Assembly (NCBI GenBank): GCA_963707215.1
Contig: CAVPPB010000002.1
Span: 352,001 to 416,000 of the forward strand
Direction: 5' to 3'
Length of the DNA: 64,000 nt
Origin: an uncultured Chloroflexia bacterium
GTDB taxonomy: Bacteria > Chloroflexota > Limnocylindria > Limnocylindrales > CSP1-4
Of the stretch, positions 1-7,565 are shown piece by piece (position 1 is the stretch's first letter; every line of letters begins with the position of its first letter). Under the pieces are notes generated by a model, which saw only the letters and a program-made list of their open reading frames with translations, searched no databases and was not told the DNA's origin. The position numbers were made by a program, and so were the translations under genes.

Positions 1-397
1 CTTCAACGACGGGGCGTGGCGCGAGTTCACCGAGCGCGACGTCCGCGAGGACCGCATGCTCGTCCTCGAGGACGGCCAGCCGATGGTCTTCGGCAAGGAC
101 CGGGACAAGGGCATCCGCCTCAACGGCCTGCAGCCGGAGGTGGTCACCCTCGGCAACGGGATCAGCGAGGACGACCTGCTGGTCCACGACGAGAAGGCCG
201 AGGACCCCTACCTCGCCCTGATGCTCAGTCGGATGTGGTGGCCGGACTTCCCGGTACCGGTCGGCATCATCCGGTCGGTCGAGCGACCGGCTCACGACCA
301 GCTGATGGCCGATCAGATCGTCGAGGCCAAGGCCCGCGGCGGTGACGGCGACCTGGCTGCCCAGCTGCGGTCGGGCGACACCTGGACCGTCGAGTAG
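1..397 (+). CDS. 2-oxoacid:ferredoxin oxidoreductase beta subunit, C-terminal part (5' truncated by window)
   Basis: Frame open from nt 2: FNDGAW...GQPMVFGKDRDKGIRL...FPVPVGIIRSVERP...GDTWTVE, the typical KorB-family C-terminus. Confidence 0.8.
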   Translation, partial: FNDGAWREFTERDVREDRMLVLEDGQPMVFGKDRDKGIRLNGLQPEVVTLGNGISEDDLLVHDEKAEDPYLALMLSRMWWPDFPVPVGIIRSVERPAHDQLMADQIVEAKARGGDGDLAAQLRSGDTWTVE

Positions 398-410
398 GAG
401 GGAACGATCC

Positions 411-974
411 GTGGACTGCCCATCTTGCGGACACGCCAACCTGCCCGGCGAGGATGAGTGCGCCAACTGCGGCGCCGCCCTGGTCGAGGGCTCGTCGGAC
501 GAGGCGCCCGGCGGCCCGATCGGGTCGGTCATCGAGCGACGGCTCGGGGACCTCGGCCTCGGCCAGCCGGCCATGATCGAGGGCACCGTGCCGGTCGGCG
601 GGGCCCTCAACATCATGCGGGATGCCGGGGTCGACTGCCTCCTGGTGATGGCCCGAGGACGCCTGGTCGGGGTCTTCACGGAGCGCGACGCGGTCCTCAA
701 GCTGACTGACCGACGGCTGACCATCGGGGCGGTCCGCCGCCGGGTCACCCGCGTCCTCCGACACGCCCATCTCGGGACGCGGACGCTCGTCCGCGAGGTG
801 ATGACGGCGGACCCGGTCGTGCTCCACCCGGAAGAGACGCTCGCCGTTGCGATCCACAAGATGGCGGTCGGCGGCTTCCGGCACATCCCGGTCGTGGAGG
901 ACGACGTGCCTGTCGGGGTCATCTCGGCCAAGGACGTCTTCCGTCAGGTCCTCGCGATCGTCCCGGAGGTATGA
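411..974 (+). CDS. Zn-ribbon + CBS-pair domain protein
   Basis: GTG start after AGGAGGG; CPSCG...CANCG zinc ribbon; CBS motifs GVFTERD, EVMTADP, GGFRHIPVV, GVISAKD. Confidence 0.85.
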   Translation: MDCPSCGHANLPGEDECANCGAALVEGSSDEAPGGPIGSVIERRLGDLGLGQPAMIEGTVPVGGALNIMRDAGVDCLLVMARGRLVGVFTERDAVLKLTDRRLTIGAVRRRVTRVLRHAHLGTRTLVREVMTADPVVLHPEETLAVAIHKMAVGGFRHIPVVEDDVPVGVISAKDVFRQVLAIVPEV

Positions 975-1420
975 CCGTTCCGACGGTCGCGGTGGTCGCT
1001 GATGACCTGATCTGGGCCGAGCGGCTGCGCCGCCTGGTGACGGGCGCCGGAGCCCAGGTCTCGCTGTGTCGATCGCTGCCCGAGCTCGAGGCCGCCCTGC
1101 TGCAGGTCGATGCCGTCGTCGTGGACCTGTCGGCTCGGTCGTTCGACCCGCAGGCTGCCATCGGCCGTGCGTCCGAGGCGTCGAGCCCGACGCTCGCCGT
1201 GGGCCCCCACGACGCCGACGCGGTACGCGCGCAGGCTCGCGCCAGCGGAGCCGGCCGCGTCCTCGCCTATCGCGCGCTGGCCGAGGCGGGAGCGGATGCC
1301 ATCGAGCGGTGGCTCGAGTGGGCCGGGGTCTTCGGGGGTCAGACGGGTCGGGACGCCCCCGCCGCGCCGCCGCCCGAGGGCCGTGCTCGTGCCCGTGACG
1401 AGGATCCTGTCGGTGGCTGA
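971..1420 (+). CDS. atypical stand-alone receiver (CheY-like) domain protein
   Basis: ATGA overlap with CBS gene; VVADD...VVVDL receiver-like pattern, no output domain. Confidence 0.55.
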   Translation: MTVPTVAVVADDLIWAERLRRLVTGAGAQVSLCRSLPELEAALLQVDAVVVDLSARSFDPQAAIGRASEASSPTLAVGPHDADAVRAQARASGAGRVLAYRALAEAGADAIERWLEWAGVFGGQTGRDAPAAPPPEGRARARDEDPVGG

Positions 1421-2585
1421 GCCCCCGCCGGCTCCGTCGGCCGAGACGCTCGCCGAACGGATCGCCGCTGCCCGGAGGCTGGCCGAGGCACAGGGGATCT
1501 CGGGCCTGCTCATCGGGGTCGGGGCCGATCTGCGCTACCTGACCGGCTATACCGCCCTGCCCCTGGAGCGACTGACGCTGCTCGTGCTGCCGGTCACCGG
1601 ACCGGTCCGCCTGGTGGTCCCGCGGCTGGAGGCGCTCCCGGCCGGGACCTGCCCGGCCTCCCTGGCAGGACTCGTCCAGGTCGTTCCCTGGGACGAGACC
1701 GACGATCCGTTCGCCGTCGTGGCCGACCTGGTCAGGCCATCGACCGACCACCCGGCCGAGCTGATCGACCGATTCGCGGTGTCCGATCGGCTCCCGGCGG
1801 CGTTCCTGCTCCGCCTCCAGGATGCGCTCCCGTCGGCACGATTCGGCCTGGCCTCGGCCGTGCTGGGCGAGCTGCGGATCCGGAAGGATCCCTCCGAGGT
1901 GGACCTACTTCGGACCGCCGCAGAGGCAGCTGATCGGGTGGTCCTGGCGATCGCCGCAGGCCCGCTCCTCGGGCGCACCGAGGCCGATGTCGCCCGGGAG
2001 GTCCGGGACCGGCTCATCGCCGAGGGCCACGACAGCGCCGAGTTCGCCATCGTCGCCTCGGGCCCGAACTCGGCCTCGCCCCACCATCACGCCGGTGACC
2101 GGGTCATCGGCCCCGGCGACCCGATCGTCCTCGACATCGGTGGTCCGCTCGGTGGCTACGGCTCCGACATCACCCGGACCCTGTGGGTGACCGGGGGCGA
2201 CCCCGCGCATGGGCCGGACGACGAGTTCGTGGCCATCCACGCCCTGGTCCGAGAGGCCCAGGCTGAAGCCACCCGAGCCGTCCGGCCGGGTGTCGCGGCC
2301 GAGGGGATCGACGGTGTCGCCCGGGCGGTCATCGACCGCGGCGGCTACGGCGACCGGTTCATCCACCGCGTCGGCCATGGCATCGGCCTGGAGGGCCACG
2401 AGGAGCCGTACCTGGTCGACGGGAACGGGACGCTCCTCGAGCCAGGCATGGCCTTCTCGATCGAGCCCGGGATCTACCTCGAGGGCCGCTATGGCTGCCG
2501 CCTCGAGGACATCGTCGTCTGCGGTGATACCGGCCCGATCATCCTCAACCGGGCTCCGCTCGACCTGCTCGTCGTCGACGGCTGA
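1395..2585 (+). CDS. Xaa-Pro aminopeptidase/dipeptidase (M24B family)
   Basis: DLRYLTG creatinase-N motif; GYGSDITRT, HRVGHGIGLEGHE, FSIEPGIY, RLEDIV metal-site motifs; start approximate. Confidence 0.92.
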   Translation: MTRILSVAEPPPAPSAETLAERIAAARRLAEAQGISGLLIGVGADLRYLTGYTALPLERLTLLVLPVTGPVRLVVPRLEALPAGTCPASLAGLVQVVPWDETDDPFAVVADLVRPSTDHPAELIDRFAVSDRLPAAFLLRLQDALPSARFGLASAVLGELRIRKDPSEVDLLRTAAEAADRVVLAIAAGPLLGRTEADVAREVRDRLIAEGHDSAEFAIVASGPNSASPHHHAGDRVIGPGDPIVLDIGGPLGGYGSDITRTLWVTGGDPAHGPDDEFVAIHALVREAQAEATRAVRPGVAAEGIDGVARAVIDRGGYGDRFIHRVGHGIGLEGHEEPYLVDGNGTLLEPGMAFSIEPGIYLEGRYGCRLEDIVVCGDTGPIILNRAPLDLLVVDG

Positions 2586-2776
2586 CGTCACCCGGTCGGC
2601 CGCCGGCCCACCGGAACGCCTGGGGCGATGCCGGCAGACCCGGGGTATCATCGGCCGATGGGCAGCCAGGAGGTTCGCCCGCCTGACGGCCGAGAGATGA
2701 CCTTGATCGAACCGCGACGCCCCGGCGTCGCCCCATTCGCCGCCATGCTCGTCGTCGCCCCTCGGGGGAGGGTCCG

Positions 2777-3403
2777 ATGAGTCGACGCGGCCACCGGGGA
2801 CGTCCCGGACGCCGCTCCTCGGGCCCCGCCAGCAGCGCCGTCCGGGGCCCGGCGCCCGCGCCCGGCCCCAGTGCCCGACCCGAGGACGGCGAGGCGACCT
2901 CGGCGTCGGCTGCGCCCGCCCCAGGCCAGCGTGCGCTGCCTCCATCGGCCGCCCGTGCCGACGGTCCGGCCCGGGTTCCTGCGGACGGGCCGACCGGCAA
3001 CGGCAACCTCCCGCACCTGGAGCGACCCGAGCCGGCGGCCGACCGGGCGCTCGGCACGGCCGTGACCCCTCGACGCGAGCCTGACGGCGAACCCGGCGCC
3101 AACGGTGCGGATGGCCAGGGCCGGAGCGGCGCCACACTCGCCCAGCTCCGCAGGTTCATCAAGAGCCGCCCCTACATGCCGATGCACGAGCTTCGACGCC
3201 GCTTCAGCCTGGACTGCGAGGCTGACGAAGTGCACTCGATCGACATCGGCGGCCGGTACCTCTACGTCGGCCTTCCCGAGCGCGAGGCGGGCTTCGTCGG
3301 CGAGCTGATCCGGACCGGCGAGGTGGGCTACGAGCTCCTGTTGGACCCGACCTGCCCGCTCGTCATCGGCGTCTACGCGATGCGCCCCGTGGTGCGGTCC
3401 TGA
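2777..3403 (+). CDS. hypothetical protein (disordered N-terminus, compact C-terminal domain)
   Basis: GGGGAGG RBS before ATG; C-terminal ~95 aa globular-looking (TLAQLRRFIKSRPY...VIGVYAMRP) with high GC3 codons. Confidence 0.7.
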   Translation: MSRRGHRGRPGRRSSGPASSAVRGPAPAPGPSARPEDGEATSASAAPAPGQRALPPSAARADGPARVPADGPTGNGNLPHLERPEPAADRALGTAVTPRREPDGEPGANGADGQGRSGATLAQLRRFIKSRPYMPMHELRRRFSLDCEADEVHSIDIGGRYLYVGLPEREAGFVGELIRTGEVGYELLLDPTCPLVIGVYAMRPVVRS

Positions 3404-3417
3404 CCGCACCCTTCGCT

Positions 3418-3483
3418 GTCGGCTGGACGACAGGAGGGGCGTCGTCAGGGCGGCTGGACGCAGTGGGCGGCTGCCGCCAAGAT
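3418..3483 (+). promoter_or_regulatory. shared upstream element (copy 1) + putative -10
   Basis: GTCGGCTGGACGACAGGAGGGGCGTCG at 3418-3444, then CAAGAT at 3478 (33-nt gap). Confidence 0.55.
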
Positions 3484-3530
3484 GGAGCGGACGCGACGAG
3501 CGACCCGTCGCCGCAGTGGGGTTCGAGACC

Positions 3531-3731
3531 ATGACGAAGCAGCAGAAGCCGATCGAACCGGACGACGCGGCCCCCCGCGTCGCCGAGGACGAGGACGACG
3601 TCGAAGGGCACAACATGATGCCGCTCGACCCGTCGTCTGCTCGCCATCTGGCGGGCGCGCGCGAGCGCGAGATCCGCAGCGACCTCGCCCGGCGCCAGCG
3701 CGAGCATGAGGCTCGACCGCACAAGCGCTGA
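3531..3731 (+). CDS. 66-aa small protein with acidic EDEDDVEGH motif (candidate precursor peptide)
   Basis: ORF followed by terminator; DVEGH motif shared with ORFs at 6938-7423 and 15587-16300. Confidence 0.75.
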   Translation: MTKQQKPIEPDDAAPRVAEDEDDVEGHNMMPLDPSSARHLAGAREREIRSDLARRQREHEARPHKR

Positions 3732-3750
3732 CCGACCGCCGGCCACGACG

Positions 3751-3782
3751 AGCGGCGTCCCCCGGGGCGCCGCTTCTTCGTG
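3751..3782 (+). terminator. intrinsic terminator
   Basis: AGCGGCGTCC...GGGCGCCGCT GC stem followed by TCTTCGTG just after the stop. Confidence 0.65.
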
Positions 3783-3873
3783 TGCGTCACGCCCGACATG
3801 AGCTTGGTCCCGCCGGACCGGTCCGGGTCCCCGGCACGACTCGGGACCCGTTCGGTCGTGGCGCTCCGTCGGA

Positions 3874-3984
3874 GTCGCCTGGGCGACAGGACGGAGGGCG
3901 CCGGCGCGACGGCTCGGCGGCCGGCCCGTCGACAGCCCAGACGTCGTCCAGGGGATCGCCCCGGTGGGACGACCGGGGCACCAT
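3874..3984 (+). promoter_or_regulatory. shared upstream element (two copies) + putative -10
   Basis: GTCGCCTGGGCGACAGGACGGAGGGCG (3874-3900) and GCCGGCCCGTCGACAGCCCAGACGTCG (3920-3946); CACCAT at 3979 (32-nt gap). Confidence 0.45.
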
Positions 3985-4047
3985 GAGGGCATCGATTGAA
4001 CGGACCCGAGCAGCACCAGCCGCGAGGGTCAGGAAGGGGACCGACCG

Positions 4048-4272
4048 ATGCTCGACACGAACAGCCGCTACATCGTCGCCAGCCGGACGATCGACGACCG
4101 CCTCGCCGAGGTCCGTCGAGCTCACGTCCTTCGCGAGGCCCGCGCCGGCGAGGACCAGCTCAAGGTCTCGACGCGGGTCCAGCGGGGGCCATCGCTTCTC
4201 GATCGCCTCGTCGCGGCGGTCGGCGCCCTTGGCGCCGGCGACCGGACCGCTCGCCCGGCAGGCGCTCGCTAG
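4048..4272 (+). CDS. 74-aa small helical hypothetical protein
   Basis: AGGAAGGGG RBS before ATG; high GC3; weak ungapped similarity to the post-DVEGH part of the 3531 peptide. Confidence 0.65.
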   Translation: MLDTNSRYIVASRTIDDRLAEVRRAHVLREARAGEDQLKVSTRVQRGPSLLDRLVAAVGALGAGDRTARPAGAR

Positions 4273-4317
4273 GATCTCGCCGTCCTCGATCGTTCCCCTC
4301 CCGCCCGGAGTGCCGGG

Positions 4318-4347
4318 TTGTCACTCCCGGACCGGCCCGCGTAGCAT
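4318..4347 (+). promoter_or_regulatory. putative sigma70-type promoter of crp-GAF-S8 operon
   Basis: TTGTCA-N18-TAGCAT; imperfect palindrome AGTGCC-N5-GTCACT (4309-4325) overlaps the -35. Confidence 0.4.
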
Positions 4348-4402
4348 GACTCGCGGGCCGGTCCGTTCGTTTGCCTCGGGCCCGGCGGCAGGAGAGGTTG
4401 GC

Positions 4403-5104
4403 ATGTCGGAGGACGACGGCTTCGCGCTGGAGGCGCTCCGCCGGTGCGCGCTCTTCGCCCAGGCCGACGAGGCGACGCTCCGTTCCTGCGCAGCCCAGCT
4501 GCGGACGAGACGCTTCCGCCGCGGCGAGACCATCTTCCACCAGGGCGATCCGGGAGACTCGCTGTTCATCATCCAGGACGGCTCGGTCAAGATCGTCCTC
4601 CCGTCACCCGAGGGCGAGGAGGCAGCCATCATCGCGACCCTGGGTCGCGGCGACTTCTTCGGTGAGCTGGCGCTCCTCGATGGGGCCTACCGCTCGGCCA
4701 CGGCCGTCGCGGTCGAGGCGTCCGAGACGCTGGTGCTGCGGCGAGAGCCGTTCGCCGCCCTCATCGACAGTGACCCCGGCCTGCGCCACGCGCTCCTGGC
4801 TGGTCTCGCAGCCGAACTGCGGCGCCTGACCGGTCACGTCGAGGAGCTCCACTTCCTGGACCTGCCAGGCCGGCTCGCGAGCCGGCTCGTCCGGATGGCC
4901 CAGGAACAGGACCCGGCTGCCAGCGGCGAGGTCGTGCTCGCCTGGCCGTTCACCCAGTCGGAGCTGGCCGCCATGATCGGGGGGACGCGGCAGACCGTGA
5001 ACCGGCTGCTCGCCGACCTGGTCGCCCAGGACCTCATCCGGTTCGAGCCCGACCGGCTGGTCATCACGGACCTCGAGCGCCTCTCCCGGGCGGCCGAGCG
5101 TTGA
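4403..5104 (+). CDS. Crp/Fnr family transcriptional regulator
   Basis: GGAGAGG RBS; cNMP domain (IFHQGDPG, GDFFGELALL, RSATAVA) and HTH TQSELAAMIGGTRQTVNR. Confidence 0.95.
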   Translation: MSEDDGFALEALRRCALFAQADEATLRSCAAQLRTRRFRRGETIFHQGDPGDSLFIIQDGSVKIVLPSPEGEEAAIIATLGRGDFFGELALLDGAYRSATAVAVEASETLVLRREPFAALIDSDPGLRHALLAGLAAELRRLTGHVEELHFLDLPGRLASRLVRMAQEQDPAASGEVVLAWPFTQSELAAMIGGTRQTVNRLLADLVAQDLIRFEPDRLVITDLERLSRAAER

Positions 5105-5132
5105 ACGCCGGTCGCGGGATCCGGCGCGGCCG

Positions 5133-5939
5133 ATGACGAGCCAGGGCCCGCCAGAAGCCTCCGACCTCGAGCGCGCCCTCGAGGCACTCCGGGCGGTGGC
5201 CCTCAGGGCCGAGGCTGCCCGGCGGCTCGAGCTCGGGAGCGGCGAGGCCGTCCTGCGGTCGGTCGTGGAGGCGGCCGTCTCCCTCTTCGACGCCGAGGCC
5301 GCGTCGATCGCGCTCTACGACCCGAGCGCGGATCGGCTGGTGTTCCTGGTCGCCGCCGGCGACCAGGGCCAGGGCGTCGTTGGCCTGTCGATCGGGCCCG
5401 ATCAGGGTCTCGTCGGCTACGTGTTCCAGACCGGTCAGCCGCTGGCCCTGTCGGATGTCCAGCGGGACCCCAGATTCGGGCGCTCCTTCGCCGAGAAGAC
5501 GGCCTACATCCCCCGGTCGATCGTCGCGGTGCCGCTCCTTGACGAGCAGGGCACCGTCGGGGTCCTCGAGGTCCTCGACAAGCGCGACGCGACGGCCTTC
5601 AGCCTGCGCGACATCGAGCTCACCTCGGTCTTCGCCCGCCAGGCGGCCGTCGCCATCCGCTCATCGCGGGTGGAGCGTGAGTCTGCCCTCCTCCTGGAGG
5701 AGGTGCTCCGGGCGACCCTCGGCGACCAGGTCGACGACCGGACCGTCGATGTCCTGGTGGCCGCGGCCGTCGATGATCTCGCCCGCGACGACACGGGAGC
5801 CCTCTGGGCGCTCGTCGAGCAGGTCGCCCGGGTCCGCCGGGCCGATCCGGATCAGCTCGCCCTCGTCACGGACCTGCTCGCCGTGCTGGCCGATCACGCC
5901 GGGCGCGGCCGAGCCGGTCGCCGGGCCCGTCGCGCCTGA
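5133..5939 (+). CDS. stand-alone GAF domain protein
   Basis: GAF pattern (EAASIALYD, GLVGYVFQTGQPL, DPRF, SIVAVPL, GVLEVLDK, FSLRDIEL); helical tail, no kinase or cyclase domain. Confidence 0.9.
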   Translation: MTSQGPPEASDLERALEALRAVALRAEAARRLELGSGEAVLRSVVEAAVSLFDAEAASIALYDPSADRLVFLVAAGDQGQGVVGLSIGPDQGLVGYVFQTGQPLALSDVQRDPRFGRSFAEKTAYIPRSIVAVPLLDEQGTVGVLEVLDKRDATAFSLRDIELTSVFARQAAVAIRSSRVERESALLLEEVLRATLGDQVDDRTVDVLVAAAVDDLARDDTGALWALVEQVARVRRADPDQLALVTDLLAVLADHAGRGRAGRRARRA

Positions 5940-5945
5940 GCCGCG

Positions 5946-6783
5946 ATGACCGACGAGGCGCTCCTGCCCGCCTGGAGCGAGCCGTTCGCCGGCGAGCGAC
6001 GGACCAGGCTGAGCCACCTGCCGCCATTCGGACGGCTCGGGCGCGACTGGGCCTGGGGAGGGTCCGACGGCAGCGGCTGCACGGTCGCGATCATCGACTC
6101 GGGGATCGAGCCCGATCACCCCGACGTCGGCGGTCGGTTGCTCCGGAGCGTCGTCGTCGAGCTCGACGCGGAGGGCGAGCCGGTCGTCCGCGACGACCCC
6201 GAGGCTCGCGACGTCGTGGGACACGGCACGGCCTGCGCCGGGATCGTCCATGCGCTTGCCCCGGGGGCGGACATCCTGTCCATCCGCGTGCTCGGCCCCG
6301 ACAACCGCGGCAAGGGCGCGGTCTTCGCCGCCGGCCTGGACTGGGCGATCGAGGCCGGTGCCAGCGTCGTCAACCTGAGCCTGTCGTCGAAGAGCGAGGC
6401 CCTGTTCGGGGTCTTCCACGACCTCGCCGATCGGGCCTACTTTGCGAACACTCTGCTGGTCTCGGCCGCCAACAACTACCCGGGTGCGTCGTACCCGTCG
6501 CTCTTCGCCGCGGTGGTCTCGGTCGCCGCCCACGATCTCGCCGATCCGGCCGTCTACCTCTACAACCCGGATCCGCCCGTCGAGTTCGGAGCCCACGGCG
6601 TCGACGTCGAGGTCGCCTGGCGGGGCGGTACGCCGGATGGTCGCCACGGGCAACAGCTTCGCGGCCCCGCACATCGCCGGGTACGCGGCGCTGATCCGTT
6701 CCAAGCACCCGGAGGCGTCCCCGTTCGAGGTGAAGGCGATCCTCGCGGCGACCGCCGACAACGCCCGCGCCCCGGTCGGCTGA
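5946..6783 (+). CDS. compact cytoplasmic S8 subtilase; +1 frameshift near 6633
   Basis: Catalytic Asp VAIIDSGI and His GHGTACAG in frame 5946; Ser motif TGNSFAAPHIAG in the next frame ending 6783; no signal peptide or prodomain. Confidence 0.88.
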
Positions 6784-6937
6784 TCAGCACCTGACCGGTC
6801 GGCCGAGGCGGACCCGGGACACGCGTCGCCGCCCGCCGGATCCGACGCTGGGCCGGGGGCGGGCGGCGGTGCTGAGGAACGGGAGCCGGGTCGTGGGAGC
6901 GAGGCCCGGCGGGACCCGTCCGATCAGGTGGTCGGTC

Positions 6938-7423
6938 TCACTCCCCGCTGTTCCGGGCAGTCCGGAAGCCGTGGCCCTCGACGTCGTCGTCCTCGGTGGC
7001 CTTCGGCACTGCGCCCTCGCGCGGGATCCCCGCCTCGCGCGGCACCCCTGCCTCACGGGGCAATCCGGCCTCGCGGGGCTGGCCGAAGCCGTGGCCCTCG
7101 ACGTCGTCTTCGGTCGGGACGGCGCCCTCGCGCGGGATGCCCGCCTCGCGCGGGATGCCCGCCTCGCGCGGGATGCCCGCCTCGCGCGGCACCCCTGCCT
7201 CACGGGGCAATCCGGCCTCGCGGGGCTGGCCGAAGCCGTGGCCCTCGACGTCCTCGTCACCGGTGGCCCGGGGGACGGCGCCTTCGCGCGGGATCCCCGC
7301 CTCGCGCGGCACCCCGGCCTCACGGGGCAATCCGGCCTCGCGGGGCTGGCCGAAGCCGTGGCCCTCGACGTCCTCGTCGTCGGACTCCCGCGTACGCATG
7401 AAGCCCTCGTTCTCGTTGACCAT
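6938..7423 (-). CDS. multi-cassette repeat protein: 4x DVEGHGF separating xPREAG hexapeptide arrays (candidate polyprotein precursor)
   Basis: GGAGG RBS just upstream of ATG (7430-7434); repeats in frame; DVEGH motif shared with two other ORFs. Confidence 0.8.
   Translation of the reverse strand: MVNENEGFMRTRESDDEDVEGHGFGQPREAGLPREAGVPREAGIPREGAVPRATGDEDVEGHGFGQPREAGLPREAGVPREAGIPREAGIPREAGIPREGAVPTEDDVEGHGFGQPREAGLPREAGVPREAGIPREGAVPKATEDDDVEGHGFRTARNSGE
6965..7380. repeat. nested tandem repeat: 18-bp units within three ~120-150-bp cassettes
   Basis: Recurring gaagccgtggccctcgacgtc and gcctcgcgcgggatgccc-like units. Confidence 0.95.
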
Positions 7424-7478
7424 GTCGTTCCTCCGCTGGGAGCCGGTCGGCGGGCCGATCGCCCGCGGCTACCAGGGC

Positions 7479-7544
7479 AGACTACCGTGCGTGTCGAGAC
7501 TCGGCGTAGCGGCGTGGTGACCGCTCCGCTGTCGCCGAGCCGAC
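7479..7544 (-). promoter_or_regulatory. shared upstream element + putative -10
   Basis: Minus strand GTCGGCTCGGCGACAGCGGAGCGGTCA (7544-7518), then TAGTCT at 7484-7479 (33-nt gap). Confidence 0.55.
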
Positions 7545-7565
7545 ACCGCAGGCGACGGCACCGAC

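Noticed and set aside
6965-7380. Possible CRISPR array (recurring ~21-bp gaagccgtggccctcgacgtc)
   Set aside because: The intervening segments are themselves repeats of each other, lengths are multiples of 3, the region encodes an ORF with an RBS, and no cas genes are present
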